Source of the DNA: Pseudomonadota bacterium
Lineage (GTDB): Bacteria; Pseudomonadota; Gammaproteobacteria; Burkholderiales; Burkholderiaceae_F
Reading direction: 5' to 3'
Assembly (NCBI GenBank): GCA_021842465.1
Contig: JAKBZN010000006.1
Span: forward strand, 4,728 to 68,727
Length of the DNA stretch: 64,000 bases
The position numbers and the translations under genes were made by a program. Below, one piece after another: positions 45,825-56,586 of this stretch (position 1 is the stretch's first letter; every line of letters starts with the position of its first letter). The notes below the pieces were generated by a model. It was not told the DNA's origin, did no database searches, and worked only from the letters and a program-made list of their open reading frames with translations.

Positions 45825-48668
45825 TTACCCGGTGTTCCGCAACCCCGCGGCCACGCCGTTGATCGAGATGTGGATCGCGCGGCGCGCCCGTTCGTCCAGG
45901 TCGCTGCCGTCGACGCGATGCCGGCGGATGAGTTCGACCTGCAGGTGGTTCAGCGGATCGATGTAGGGGAAGCGTGCGCGGATCGAATTGGCGAGCATCG
46001 GGTTGTCCTGCAGATTCGAGGAATACCCCAGGATGCCCAGCACATGCTGCGCCGTCCGCGCATGCTCGGCTTCGATCGCCCCGAACACCGCCTTGCGCAG
46101 CGCTTCGTCGGCGACGAGTCCGGCGTATCGCGATCCGACGCCAACGTCCATCTTCGCCAGGACCATGTCCATGTTCGACAACAGCGTCGCGAAGAACGGC
46201 CATTCGCGCGCCATGCGCTGCAGCAGTGCCCAGCGCTCCGCACGCAACTCCGATTGCTCGTTGATCCAGTCCTCGACCGCCGAGCCGAAACCGTACCAGC
46301 CGGGAATCATCAGACGGCACTGCCCCCAGGAAAACCCCCATGGAATCGCCCGCAGATCCTCGATCCGATTGGCCGCCTTGTCCGTCCGCGGCCGGCTCGC
46401 CGGCCGACTACCGATGTTGAGTTCGGCAATCTCGGCGATCGGCGTGGACGCGAAGAAGTATTCGGCGAATCCCGGCGTCTCGTAGACCAGCCTTCGATAT
46501 GCCTGATAGGCCCGCGCGCTCAACGCCTCCATCGTGGCTTCGAAGCGCCGCAGCCGCTCGACATCCTTGCCGTTGTGCTCCAGCACCGGCGCAAAACTGG
46601 CCTCCAGGGTGGCAGCGACGAGGATTTCGAGGTTGCGCCGGCCGGTCTGCCGGCTGGAAAACTTGTTGGCGATGATCTCGCCCTGTTCGGTGATGCGGAT
46701 CTGGCCGTCCACCGTCCCCGGCGGCTGCGCCAGGATGGCATCGTAGGTCGGGCCGCCGCCCCGCCCGACGGTACCGCCACGGCCGTGGAACAGGCGCAGG
46801 GGAATCCCGGCCGCGCGGAACAGCGAGACGAGGGCGATCTCCGCCTTGTACAGCTCCCAGTTCGACGTGAGAAACCCGCCGTCCTTGTTGCTGTCGGAAT
46901 AGCCGAGCATGATTTCCTGCGCGCAGTTTGCGCCCTGGGGATAGAACCGCAAGGTGTCGCGCAGATCCAGCGCGGCGCGCATGATGTCCGGGGCGTTCCG
47001 GAGATCGCCGATCGTTTCGAACAGGGGGATGACGTGCAGATCGACTTCCGCGGGCAGGCCGCGGCCGGCGGAGCGCGCCAACCCGGTCTCCTTCAACAGG
47101 ATCACGACCTCGAGCAGGTCCGAAAGCGTCTCGGTGTGCGAGATGATGGTGTTGCGCACCGCGCGCTCGCCGTAGCGGCTGCGCAAGGTGCGCGCCATAT
47201 CGAACACCGCGAGTTCCTTGTGGGTCTCGTCGGAGTATCGGCTGTACGGCGTGTGCAACAGCCGCGGCTGGCCGATCTCGGCGCGCAGCAGCGCGATCCG
47301 GTCCGGTTCGGCCAACGCCCGGTAATCGTCGCACACGCCCGCGCCGCGCAGCAGTTCCGCCACCGTCCGCTCGTGCACGTCGGAGCTCTGGCGCAGGTCC
47401 ACCGCCGCCAGATGGAATCCGAATACGTCGACCGCCCGCAACAGGCCACGCAAGCGCGGCTTGACCAGCACCGAACCGCGATGCCCGGCAAGAGAATCGG
47501 CAACGGTGGCGAGTTCGGCGGCAAACTCTTCCGCCGACGCGTACGGTTCCTCGTCGGCGACTTCCTCGCGCAACACGGCCACCTGCCCCAGATCCCGAGC
47601 GGTCGCGGCCAATCGTGCATAGATCCCGGCCAGCGCACGACGGTATGGTTCCCCGTGCCGATGCGGCGAAAGCTGCGGCGACCGCGCCGCCAACTCCAGC
47701 AAGGGCTCGCTCACCGGCGCCAGCAGCGCGGAAATCGACAGTTCGTCGCCCAACGCATGCACTTCCTCGAGGTAGTGCTGCAGCGCCATCGCCGCCTGGC
47801 GGTCGAGCGCCCGCGAGAGCGTCGCGGCGTCGACGTTGGGATTGCCGTCCCGATCGCCGCCGATCCACGACCCCATCTGCAGGAACGGCGCGAACCGGGG
47901 ACCGACTTCGGCCGCCTCACCCCGCCCCACGCACAGGCGATCCTCCAGTTCCCCATACAAACGAGGGATCTCGCTCAGGAACGTCAGCCGGTAATAGGAG
48001 AGCACCGTCTCGATCTCGTCGGCGACTGAAAGCCGGGCATCGCGCAGCATGCGCGTCTGCCAAAGAACGGTCACGCAGGCACGGATCCGCTCCTCGTTGA
48101 CCGTGCGCTCCCGGGGCGTAAGCGGCCCGCCACGCTCGATCAGGAGGCGTTCGACTTCCCGTTCGGTATCGAGGATGCTCTTGCGCTGCACTTCCGTCGG
48201 ATGGGCGGTAAGCACCGGCACGATCAGGGCGCGGTCGAAAAACTCCGCCACCGCCTCCTCGGACACCCCGGCGCCGTCGAGCCGCGTGAGGGCGTAGTCG
48301 ATGCTGCCGCGTTCGGCGGGCTCCTGCGCCAGTTCCCGGGCCCGCTGGGTGCGAATCGAGTGCAGATCTTCCGCGATGTTCGCGAGGTGGGAGAAATAGC
48401 TGAACGCCCGAACCACCGAATTGGTCTGGATCGGGGTAAGCCGGTTGAGCAGGCGGCTCATCTGCGCGCCGGCGTCGGGGTCCGTGCCGCGGCGGAATTG
48501 CACGGCAAGCCGGCGCACGGTCTCGACGAGATCGAAGATCTCCTGGCCCGCCTGTTCGCGGATCACGTCGCCGAGAATCCGGCCAAGAAACCGGATGTCC
48601 TCCCGCAACGGGTCCACTCCCTGGCCGGCGTCGGACCTGGATTCGGCCCCATCGGGCGCAATCGTCAT
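45825..48668 (-). CDS. ppc: Phosphoenolpyruvate carboxylase
   Basis: VLTAHPTE, SWIGGDRDGNP, MLGYSDSNKDGG, FHGRGGTVGRGG, LRAIPW, C-terminal RNTG. Confidence 0.98.
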   Translation of the reverse strand: MTIAPDGAESRSDAGQGVDPLREDIRFLGRILGDVIREQAGQEIFDLVETVRRLAVQFRRGTDPDAGAQMSRLLNRLTPIQTNSVVRAFSYFSHLANIAEDLHSIRTQRARELAQEPAERGSIDYALTRLDGAGVSEEAVAEFFDRALIVPVLTAHPTEVQRKSILDTEREVERLLIERGGPLTPRERTVNEERIRACVTVLWQTRMLRDARLSVADEIETVLSYYRLTFLSEIPRLYGELEDRLCVGRGEAAEVGPRFAPFLQMGSWIGGDRDGNPNVDAATLSRALDRQAAMALQHYLEEVHALGDELSISALLAPVSEPLLELAARSPQLSPHRHGEPYRRALAGIYARLAATARDLGQVAVLREEVADEEPYASAEEFAAELATVADSLAGHRGSVLVKPRLRGLLRAVDVFGFHLAAVDLRQSSDVHERTVAELLRGAGVCDDYRALAEPDRIALLRAEIGQPRLLHTPYSRYSDETHKELAVFDMARTLRSRYGERAVRNTIISHTETLSDLLEVVILLKETGLARSAGRGLPAEVDLHVIPLFETIGDLRNAPDIMRAALDLRDTLRFYPQGANCAQEIMLGYSDSNKDGGFLTSNWELYKAEIALVSLFRAAGIPLRLFHGRGGTVGRGGGPTYDAILAQPPGTVDGQIRITEQGEIIANKFSSRQTGRRNLEILVAATLEASFAPVLEHNGKDVERLRRFEATMEALSARAYQAYRRLVYETPGFAEYFFASTPIAEIAELNIGSRPASRPRTDKAANRIEDLRAIPWGFSWGQCRLMIPGWYGFGSAVEDWINEQSELRAERWALLQRMAREWPFFATLLSNMDMVLAKMDVGVGSRYAGLVADEALRKAVFGAIEAEHARTAQHVLGILGYSSNLQDNPMLANSIRARFPYIDPLNHLQVELIRRHRVDGSDLDERARRAIHISINGVAAGLRNTG

Positions 48669-48744
48669 GAAGCCGGACTCTTTCATTCGGGGTTATCCGC
48701 AAGGGGAAAACGGGAAACCCTTGATTTTACAAGATGCGGGCCGA

Positions 48745-49941
48745 TCAGAGTCGTTCGAAGACGCCCGCCGCCCCCATCCCCGTACCGACGCACATCGTCA
48801 CCATGCCGTAGCGCAGGTTCCGACGACGCAATCCGTGGACCAGCGTGGCGGTGCGGACCGCCCCGGTCGCACCCAGCGGGTGGCCCAAGGCGATCGCCCC
48901 GCCCAAGGGATTGACCCGCTCCGCATCCAGCGCAAGCGTCTGCATCACCGCGATCGACTGGGCGGCAAATGCTTCGTTGAGTTCGATCCATTCCAGATCG
49001 TCCTGCCGCAACCCGGCCGCGCGCAGCGCGGCGGGAATCGCCTCCACGGGACCGATGCCCATGATTTCCGGCGGCACACCGCGCACCGAAAACGAAAGGA
49101 CTCGCGCCAACGGCGTTAGGTTGAAGCGGCGCAACGCCGAATCGCTTGCGAGGACCAACGCCGCCGCGCCGTCGGACATCTGCGAACTGTTTCCCGCCGT
49201 CACGCTGCCCTGGGCCGCAAAAGCCGGCTTCAAACGGGCAAGGGCCTCCAGACTGGTGTCGGCGCGCGGACCCTCGTCCGCCTCCAGGCGCCGATGGCGC
49301 TGCGCCACCTCCCCGGTGGCGAGTTCAGGCACGCGATCGATCACGTCGAGCGGCGTGATCTCGTCCCGGAATTCGCCGCGCTGCTGCCCCATGATGGCGC
49401 GCTCATGCGAAGTCAGGGCGAACCGGTCCTGCGCCTCGCGGGCGACCTTCCACTGTGCGGCCACCCGCTCGGCCGTCAGACCCATGCCGAAGGCGATGCC
49501 CAGATTGTCGTCGTCGAACAGGCGCGGGTTGTAGGAGGGCTTGTTGCCGCCCATCGGCACCATGCTCATCGACTCGACGCCGCCCGCCAGAACGACGTCG
49601 GCTTCGCCCACCCGGATCCGATCCGCAGCCATCGCCACCGCATTGAGTCCCGACGCGCAAAACCGGTTGACCGTGCACCCCGCAGTGGACTTGGGCAGGC
49701 CGGCATACAGCACGGCGGCGCGCGCGACGTTCAATCCCTGCTCCGCCTCGGGCATGGCGCAGCCGATCAGGGCATCCTCGACCGCGGCGGGATCCAGGCC
49801 CGGCACGGCCGCAAGCGCCCCGCGGATCGCGGCGACCAGCAGATCGTCGGGGCGCGTGTTGCGCAGCGCCCCGCGTGGCGCCTTGCCGATGGGCGTGCGG
49901 GTCGCGGCGACGATGTAGGCGTCCTGGACATGCCGATTCAT
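48745..49941 (-). CDS. fadA: Acetyl-CoA C-acyltransferase (3-ketoacyl-CoA thiolase)
   Basis: NRFCASG, NEAFA, GHPLGATG, CVGTGMG. Confidence 0.93.
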   Translation of the reverse strand: MNRHVQDAYIVAATRTPIGKAPRGALRNTRPDDLLVAAIRGALAAVPGLDPAAVEDALIGCAMPEAEQGLNVARAAVLYAGLPKSTAGCTVNRFCASGLNAVAMAADRIRVGEADVVLAGGVESMSMVPMGGNKPSYNPRLFDDDNLGIAFGMGLTAERVAAQWKVAREAQDRFALTSHERAIMGQQRGEFRDEITPLDVIDRVPELATGEVAQRHRRLEADEGPRADTSLEALARLKPAFAAQGSVTAGNSSQMSDGAAALVLASDSALRRFNLTPLARVLSFSVRGVPPEIMGIGPVEAIPAALRAAGLRQDDLEWIELNEAFAAQSIAVMQTLALDAERVNPLGGAIALGHPLGATGAVRTATLVHGLRRRNLRYGMVTMCVGTGMGAAGVFERL

Positions 49942-49951
49942 GGAATTCTCC

Positions 49952-52369
49952 CTAATTCCGCACCGGCTTGCCGGTCTGCAGAAAGCCCATCAACCGCTCC
50001 TGCGTCTTGGGATGCGCAAGCAGCGGAACGAAGTGCCTGCGCTCCTGTTCAAGGAACCAGTCCTCGTCGACGATGGCACCGGCATCGACGTCGCCGCCGC
50101 ACAGCACTTCCGCGATCTGCGTCGCAAGATGGGTATCGTGCCCACTCGCGAACCCGCCTTCGCGCAGATTCGCCGCGAACGCCTTCAAGGTCGCCAGCGC
50201 CGAACGGCCCGCGGCGGCGAACCGCCGCCCGCGCAGCGGCGGCCGGTATCCGGTGGCATGCAGGGTAAACGCCTCGAAGATCGCCGTCCATAGCAATTCC
50301 CGCGGATGGAACACCACGGTATCGGATGGCAGGAGATAGCCCATTCGCCGCGCCTCGTAGGCGGACGTCGCGACCTTCGCCGTCGCCGCGTTTTCGAACC
50401 AGTGGCGCAGGAATGGCAGCAGATCCGCGCTCCCCACCGCCGATGCCGCGGCGGCCGCGCGCATCGCCCCCTCCTTCAAGCCGCCGGCGCCCGGAACGAG
50501 CCCGACCCCGACCTCGACCAAGCCGATATACGATTCAAACGCGACCACCCGTTTGGCGCAATGCAACAGCAATTCGCAACCACCGCCCAGCGCCATGCCA
50601 CGGACCGCGGCGATGACCGGCACCTGGGCATATTTCACGCCCAGGAACGCCTCCTGCATCTGCCGCTGCAGCTCGCCGATCGCCGGCGGACCGCCGCGCA
50701 GGAACGCCGGCAGCATCCCCTGCAGGTCCGCCCCAGCGGAGAACGGTTCCTCCGGGGACCAGATCACCAACCCCCGATAGCGCGCCTCGGCCAACGCCAC
50801 CGCCTTGGCGAGGCCGGCAACGACGCCGGGCCCCATCGCATGCACCTTGGTCTTGATCGAGAACACCAGCACTTCGGCGGGCATGCCCCCTTCGAGATGC
50901 CAGATCCGGCACGACTCGTCCTCGTGCTCCGTGATCCCGCTTTCCATCGGCGAAGGCGATCCGTCGCCCACCACCGTGGGACGGAAAAGCTGCCGGCGAT
51001 GGACCGGAAGTTCGCCGCGGGCGACGAACGCCTCGTGCGCCGGGCTCCAGGAACCCTCGGGCGTATGCACCGCCTGCGCGTCGGCCACCGGACCCTCGAA
51101 AACCCATCCCGGCAGGGGTGCGTCGGACATCGCCTCGCCGGCGTCGACATCCGCGCGGATCCACTCCGCAACGCGGGTCCAACCGGCTTCCTGCCAGATC
51201 TCGAACGGACCAAGCTCCCACCCGAACCCCCAGCGCATGGCGAGATCCACCTCGCGCGCCGAGTCGGCGATCCGCTCGAGGTGGAGCGCCGCGTAGTGGA
51301 AGACGTCGCGGAAAATCGCCCACAGGAAACGTGCCTGCGGGTGATCCGTTTCCCGCAGCAAGGCAAGGCGCTCCGCGAACGGCTTGCGGCAGATGCGCGC
51401 GATCAGTTCATCGGCCTTGCGGCCGCCGTCGGCGTAGTCGCCGCGCTGCGGATCGAACACCTGGATCGCGCGGCCGTCCTTGCGGAAAAACCCCGCACCA
51501 TTCTTCTGCCCCAGGGCACCCCGGTCGAGCAGGGTCTGCAAGACCGCCGGCACGGCGAAATGGGGCGAGAACGGGTCGTCCGCGGGATCCAGGTTGTCCC
51601 GCATGGTGCCGATGACGTGCGCCAGCGTGTCGAGTCCGACGACGTCCGCGGTGCGGAACGTCGCGCTCTTGGCGCGCCCGATGCGGGTCCCGGTCAGATC
51701 GTCGACCAGATCGAACGGCAGACCCGCCTTCCCGGCCTCATGCATCGTCGACAGCACGCTGAAAACACCGATCCGGTTGGCGACGAAATTGGGGGTGTCG
51801 CGGGCGCGGACGACGCCCTTTCCCAGAACCGCGGTGAGGAAGGTTTCGAGTTGGTCCAATACCGCGGCATCGGTCGCGGCATCCGGAATCAACTCGACCA
51901 GATGCATGTAGCGAGGCGGATTGAAGAAGTGCACGCCGCAGAACCGCGCGCGCAGATCCTCCGCCAATCCGTCGGACAACCGGGCGATCGAGAGTCCCGA
52001 CGTATTGGATGCGAGGATCGCATGCGGCGCCAAATGGGGGGCGATTTTCTCGTACAGCGCGCGCTTCCAGTCCAGACGCTCGGCGATCGCCTCGATCACC
52101 AGGTCGCAGTCGCGCAGCGCGGCAAGATCCTCGGCGTAGTTGGCCGCCGCCAGGAACTGCGCGTCCTCGGGCACGCCCAGCGGCGCGGGGCTGATCCGCG
52201 GCAATCCCTCGATCGCCCGTCGCACCGTCGCGCTGCGGTCGCCGTCCTTCTCGTCGGGCAGGTCGAAGAGCAGCGCCGGCACCCGGGCATTGACGCAGTG
52301 CGCGGCGATCTGCGCCCCCATGACCCCGGCCCCGAGGACCGCCACCTTCCGGATTCGAAGGTCTTGCAT
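49952..52369 (-). CDS. 3-hydroxyacyl-CoA dehydrogenase/enoyl-CoA hydratase (FadN-type)
   Basis: GAGVMG, SNTSG, HFFNPPRYM, C-terminal crotonase FSAGAD...GGGCE; located between acyl-CoA dehydrogenase and thiolase. Confidence 0.92.
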   Translation of the reverse strand: MQDLRIRKVAVLGAGVMGAQIAAHCVNARVPALLFDLPDEKDGDRSATVRRAIEGLPRISPAPLGVPEDAQFLAAANYAEDLAALRDCDLVIEAIAERLDWKRALYEKIAPHLAPHAILASNTSGLSIARLSDGLAEDLRARFCGVHFFNPPRYMHLVELIPDAATDAAVLDQLETFLTAVLGKGVVRARDTPNFVANRIGVFSVLSTMHEAGKAGLPFDLVDDLTGTRIGRAKSATFRTADVVGLDTLAHVIGTMRDNLDPADDPFSPHFAVPAVLQTLLDRGALGQKNGAGFFRKDGRAIQVFDPQRGDYADGGRKADELIARICRKPFAERLALLRETDHPQARFLWAIFRDVFHYAALHLERIADSAREVDLAMRWGFGWELGPFEIWQEAGWTRVAEWIRADVDAGEAMSDAPLPGWVFEGPVADAQAVHTPEGSWSPAHEAFVARGELPVHRRQLFRPTVVGDGSPSPMESGITEHEDESCRIWHLEGGMPAEVLVFSIKTKVHAMGPGVVAGLAKAVALAEARYRGLVIWSPEEPFSAGADLQGMLPAFLRGGPPAIGELQRQMQEAFLGVKYAQVPVIAAVRGMALGGGCELLLHCAKRVVAFESYIGLVEVGVGLVPGAGGLKEGAMRAAAAASAVGSADLLPFLRHWFENAATAKVATSAYEARRMGYLLPSDTVVFHPRELLWTAIFEAFTLHATGYRPPLRGRRFAAAGRSALATLKAFAANLREGGFASGHDTHLATQIAEVLCGGDVDAGAIVDEDWFLEQERRHFVPLLAHPKTQERLMGFLQTGKPVRN

Positions 52370-52384
52370 CGTGAATCCCCCCTC

Positions 52385-54196
52385 TCAGAACCAGTCCGAC
52401 GCAAAGTCCATCAGGTTGCCCGCGCCCGAGCGCGCCGCGCGGATGTGGAACGCGGTCTCGGGGAGCAGACGCTGGAAATAGAACCGCGCCGTCGCGAGCT
52501 TCGCCGGATAGAACGGGTCGACCTGGGCACCGTCCGACCGAATGCGGGCGAGTGCGCGCTCGGCCATCCGCGCCCAAAAATAGGCAAACACGAGGTGGCC
52601 GATTACACGCAAGGTGTCGACGGCCGCGGCCCCCATCTCTTCCTTGTTGCCCACCGTCTTGAGTCCGATTTCCAGCAACAACTTCTCCACCTTGCCCGCG
52701 ATGTCGGCCAGCGGCGTGACGAACTCGTTCATCGCCACGGACGTGCCGTGCTCTTCGATGAACTGCCGGACCAACCCGCCGAACGCGCGCACCGCCGCAC
52801 CGCCGTCGCGCAGCACCTTGCGGCCGAGCAGGTCGAGGGCCTGGATGGTGTTGGTTCCTTCATAGATCATGTTGATGCGCGCGTCGCGCAGGGTCTGCTC
52901 GATGCCCCATTCGCGGATGTAGCCATGGCCGCCGAACACCTGCATGCACTCGGAGGCGCAGGCGAAACCGTTGTCGGTCAGGAAGGCCTTCACGATGGGG
53001 GTCATGAGCGCCGTCATGTCGGCGCCGAATCGGCGCTGCGCGGGATCGGGATGGTGATGCTGCGCATCCGCCATGAGCGCGACCCAGTAGGCCAGCGCCC
53101 GTCCGCCTTCCGCATACGCCCGTGCGGTGAGGAGCATGCGCCGCACGTCCGGGTGCACCACGATCGGATCGGCAGGGCGATCCGGCGCCTTGGGACCCGA
53201 AAGCGATCGCCCCTGGAGCCGGTCCTTGGCATATGCCGCGGCATTCTGATACGCGAATTCCGTAAGCCCCAGCCCCTGGACTCCGACGTACAGGCGTGCG
53301 CCGTTCATCATCACGAACATGGCGGCGAGGCCCTTGTTGGCTTCGCCCAGCAACCAGCCTTTCGCGTCTTCCAATTGCATCTGGCAGGTGGCGTTGCCGT
53401 GGATCCCCATCTTGTGTTCGAGCCCCCCGCAGGCCACGCCGTTGCGCGCGCCGCAACGCGCATCGGCGCCGGACCCCTCGGGTAGAAACTTCGGCACGAT
53501 GAACAGCGAGATGCCGTGCGTGCCCGCAGGCGCGTCCGGCAAGCGCGCAAGCACGAGATGCACGATGTTCTCGGCGAGATCGTGTTCGCCGCAGGAAATG
53601 AAGATCTTCTCGCCGGTGATCCGGAAGCCGCCTTCGGGATCCGGAACGGCCTTGGTCCGCAACAACCCCAGGTCGGTCCCGCACTGCGGCTCGGTGAGGC
53701 ACATCGTTCCCGTCCACCGGGCCGACGCCAGCTTCGGTAGATAGAGTTCCTTCTGTGCCGCGTCGCCGTTCCGGAGAATGCACTCGTACGCACCCATGGT
53801 GAGTCCCGAGTACATCGCCCACGACTGATTGGCTGCGCAGCGCGTTTCGTCGAACGCGATCTGGAGCAATTGCGGCAGGCCCTGCCCACCGTAGTCCACG
53901 TCGGCGGTCAGCCCCTGCCACCCCGCGTCGCGAAACTGCGCGAACGCCGCCGCGAAACCGTCCGGCGTGCGCACGGCGCGGGTCGACGGATCGTAGGCGC
54001 ATCCCTGCTCGTCGCCCTTGCGGTTCAGCGGAAGGAGCACCTCCTCCGAAAACCGCCCGCCCTCCTCGAGGATCTGGTCCACCGTCGTCGCGTCGAGTTC
54101 GGCATACCGCGGCATGGCGCGCAGCGCATCCACCGCGCCGAGGAGTTCGTGGATGACAAATCGCTGGTCGCGAATGGGCGATTGGTACAAAGGCAT
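52385..54196 (-). CDS. Acyl-CoA dehydrogenase
   Basis: MCLTEPQCGTDL, G.KIFIS, EHKMGIHG, GGHGYI.EWG.EQ..RD.RI..IYEGT; start at MPLYQSP. Confidence 0.94.
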   Translation of the reverse strand: MPLYQSPIRDQRFVIHELLGAVDALRAMPRYAELDATTVDQILEEGGRFSEEVLLPLNRKGDEQGCAYDPSTRAVRTPDGFAAAFAQFRDAGWQGLTADVDYGGQGLPQLLQIAFDETRCAANQSWAMYSGLTMGAYECILRNGDAAQKELYLPKLASARWTGTMCLTEPQCGTDLGLLRTKAVPDPEGGFRITGEKIFISCGEHDLAENIVHLVLARLPDAPAGTHGISLFIVPKFLPEGSGADARCGARNGVACGGLEHKMGIHGNATCQMQLEDAKGWLLGEANKGLAAMFVMMNGARLYVGVQGLGLTEFAYQNAAAYAKDRLQGRSLSGPKAPDRPADPIVVHPDVRRMLLTARAYAEGGRALAYWVALMADAQHHHPDPAQRRFGADMTALMTPIVKAFLTDNGFACASECMQVFGGHGYIREWGIEQTLRDARINMIYEGTNTIQALDLLGRKVLRDGGAAVRAFGGLVRQFIEEHGTSVAMNEFVTPLADIAGKVEKLLLEIGLKTVGNKEEMGAAAVDTLRVIGHLVFAYFWARMAERALARIRSDGAQVDPFYPAKLATARFYFQRLLPETAFHIRAARSGAGNLMDFASDWF

Positions 54197-54257
54197 GATC
54201 GTTCCTCCGGGGCGCGGCCGAGGATTTCCGTTGACCGCGCCGTCACGGCGCAGTATT

Positions 54258-55874
54258 TCATGAACGAGGGCGAATCGGCGGATCGGCAAGCCGTCGCAAC
54301 CAATGCGACGCTTGCTTCGTCGCGTCGCGCTGCCGCGCCTGCCCCCACTTCCGGGCCTCGGTCCGCACGGCGGCCGAGCGCGTAAGCCGCGCGATGGCTT
54401 CTCGCGCAACGGTCGCGTCGACGCCGCGCCCCGCCGCGTCCTGAAACTGCTCCAGGGCGTGCATCGTGTCGCGTGCGGCCTTTTTCGGAAATGCGGCGTG
54501 TGCCGCCTCGAGTACGTAGCGCAGACGCTTGGCCGCGATCCGCAGCTTGTGCCGCTCCCTGTCGGACAAACGGGAAAACCGCGCCCCCCGTCGGGCGAAC
54601 CGGCGCAGCAAGCGACCGACCGCCGCCGGCGCAACCACCCGCAACGGCGCCGATTCGCGCGGCGGCGCCGCGCTCCAATGGACCAGTTCCAGCGCCCAGC
54701 GCGCGAATTCCGGAGCGGCGATCTGCGCGCGCAAGCGGTTCCGTGCATCTTCGCATTTGCCATGGGCGCGCCGGAGCACGCCCCGCCATGGGCGGGAAAT
54801 CCCGGCCTCCGCGGGCGCGGCAGACGCACCGGTTCCGGCATCGCGACCGTATGTGCGCAAGTCCGGCAAGGTTTCGGAGCACAAGACATCCCAATCCCGT
54901 GCTGCGCCGAAGCGCCGCGCCCATCGCCGCATCTCCCGAACCTGCGCCCGGGACAGTCCGGCCTCCCCTCGCCCGCCGTCCGATGCGTTGGCGAGAATCT
55001 CGACGACCGCGCGCATGCGGCGCAGCGCCACCCGCGCCTGATGGACGTATTCCGGGTCATCCGACTGCGCCGCCCCGTCCGCATTGGCCAACACGACGTT
55101 GAGCGCGGCACCGACCAGCTTCCGGCAAACCGCGTCGACGCCGTCCCGGCGGTCGATGTTCCCGGCATCGGCGATCGCCCGACTTGCCGACGTGGGACCC
55201 GCCGCGACCCCCATCGCCAGGCGATACCCGCGGGCAGCCTTGGAATCGCCGTAGGGCATCAGCCGCACATCCGCCTTCCCCTTGCGACGCGTCGCCCCCG
55301 CCAGTTCGAGCGCCAAGGACGTCAATGCGGTCGGCGGCCCGGACCGCAGTTCCAGTTCCGCTTCCAGAATGGGGGCGCGCCGCGTTCCGGCACGGATTTC
55401 CCCGACATCCAGCGCGACCTCGATGTCCGCGCCGTACGCGGAAACGTCCCAGATCGTGCGGACGAACACCGTACGGAACATCGCGCGCAGATCGGCCGCC
55501 GTGTCTTCCGCCGCGAAAATGCGCCCCAGCGGCGCTCCGGCGAACCGCGACAGGTCGAGCGCCGCACCGGGCAGCGCGGTCTCCCATTCGCCCCGCGTCG
55601 ACAGCGCCGCATCGCCGCCCTTGCCCTCGGTCTTGAGCGTCTGCACCCAGCGCACCCGTTTCCCGGTTCCGATCCGCCGCAGCCGCAAGGCCGCGCGATT
55701 ACGGGCCAGACGCAGATCCGGCGTGTCGTAGTACGTGCTGTCGACGCGATCCCGGCGTGCGACCGCCAACCGGTCGAGCCGGGCACGCAGTCGCTCGACG
55801 TCCTCGGCGCGCAGGGCCAGTTTGAGTTCCGTCTCCCGGGCGCCGTCACCCGCCTGCTGCTGGTCGTTGGCCAT
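54258..55874 (-). CDS. CYTH and CHAD domain protein (inorganic triphosphatase YgiF-like)
   Basis: ETELKL, YYDTPD, LRLR, E.ELEL, SKAARGY; CHAD motifs HQARVALRR and HKLRIAAKRLRY. Confidence 0.9.
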   Translation of the reverse strand: MANDQQQAGDGARETELKLALRAEDVERLRARLDRLAVARRDRVDSTYYDTPDLRLARNRAALRLRRIGTGKRVRWVQTLKTEGKGGDAALSTRGEWETALPGAALDLSRFAGAPLGRIFAAEDTAADLRAMFRTVFVRTIWDVSAYGADIEVALDVGEIRAGTRRAPILEAELELRSGPPTALTSLALELAGATRRKGKADVRLMPYGDSKAARGYRLAMGVAAGPTSASRAIADAGNIDRRDGVDAVCRKLVGAALNVVLANADGAAQSDDPEYVHQARVALRRMRAVVEILANASDGGRGEAGLSRAQVREMRRWARRFGAARDWDVLCSETLPDLRTYGRDAGTGASAAPAEAGISRPWRGVLRRAHGKCEDARNRLRAQIAAPEFARWALELVHWSAAPPRESAPLRVVAPAAVGRLLRRFARRGARFSRLSDRERHKLRIAAKRLRYVLEAAHAAFPKKAARDTMHALEQFQDAAGRGVDATVAREAIARLTRSAAVRTEARKWGQARQRDATKQASHWLRRLADPPIRPRS

Positions 55875-55920
55875 CCGCCTTCCCGTTCCCAATCGTGTCG
55901 CAAAGTGGCACACTGCGCGC

Positions 55921-56502
55921 ATGCGCGGATTTGAGGCCACCCCCCGCATTCTGATCGTCGATTCCCACGGACAACCGGTACGATGGGCAGGGCTCCCTCG
56001 CGCCGCTCGATACTACGCTTCCGGAAAAGTGGTGAACGACCTGGGCGATGCCGTGTTCGCCATGAACGGCGGAATTCAGAAATCCCTGGGAACGCCGTCC
56101 ACCCTCCATACCAGTTCGATCGTGATGATCCGCGGCCGCTGCCGCAGTCCGGCTGCCGGTTACCGGGTCGCCCTGAGCAAGCACCGCCTGTTCGCACGCG
56201 ACCGCCACGTCTGCGCGTACTGCGGCGCCACGTTCCCGGAAGGCGAACTCACCGTGGAGCACATCGTCCCGCTCTCGCGCGGCGGCCGGAACGAATGGAC
56301 CAACGTCGTGACCGCATGCCGGCCGTGCAACACGCGCAAGGGAAACCGTGCACCGGAAGAGGCAAACATGCCGCTGCTCTATGTGCCGTATGCCGTCAGC
56401 CGCAACGAGGGGTTCATCCTGAGCAACCGGCGCATCCTCGCGGACCAGATGGCCTTCCTGCAGGCGTCCCTGCCCCGCCATTCGCGCTGGGCGCAGAGCT
56501 GA
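55921..56502 (+). CDS. HNH endonuclease family protein
   Basis: LFARDRHVCAYCG, TVEHIVPLSRGG, WTNVVTACRPCN.RKG. Confidence 0.92.
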   Translation: MRGFEATPRILIVDSHGQPVRWAGLPRAARYYASGKVVNDLGDAVFAMNGGIQKSLGTPSTLHTSSIVMIRGRCRSPAAGYRVALSKHRLFARDRHVCAYCGATFPEGELTVEHIVPLSRGGRNEWTNVVTACRPCNTRKGNRAPEEANMPLLYVPYAVSRNEGFILSNRRILADQMAFLQASLPRHSRWAQS

Positions 56503-56586
56503 GGGGGAAAGCGCGCGGCGCGGGCGATGCCCCGCGCGGGAATGGTCGAGGCCTGCTGCGCACGATGCATGCGGCCCCGACGGGAT

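Noticed and set aside
50306-53485. Very long antisense ORFs (1059 aa here; also 11315-13732, 13937-16207, 16035-18524, 45480-48029)
   Set aside because: They are shadows of well-supported genes on the opposite strand. Such ORFs are expected in high-GC DNA and show no recognisable motifs.
52385-55168. 927-aa ORF suggesting an N-terminally extended acyl-CoA dehydrogenase (similar extensions at 19413, 46341, 58653, 28304)
   Set aside because: The extensions overlap neighbouring genes in another frame. The true starts, most with an RBS or coupling to an upstream stop, lie downstream.
55921-56502. HNH nuclease as a marker of a defence or mobile element
   Set aside because: It is a stand-alone gene among housekeeping genes, with no methylase, integrase, terminal repeats or composition shift.
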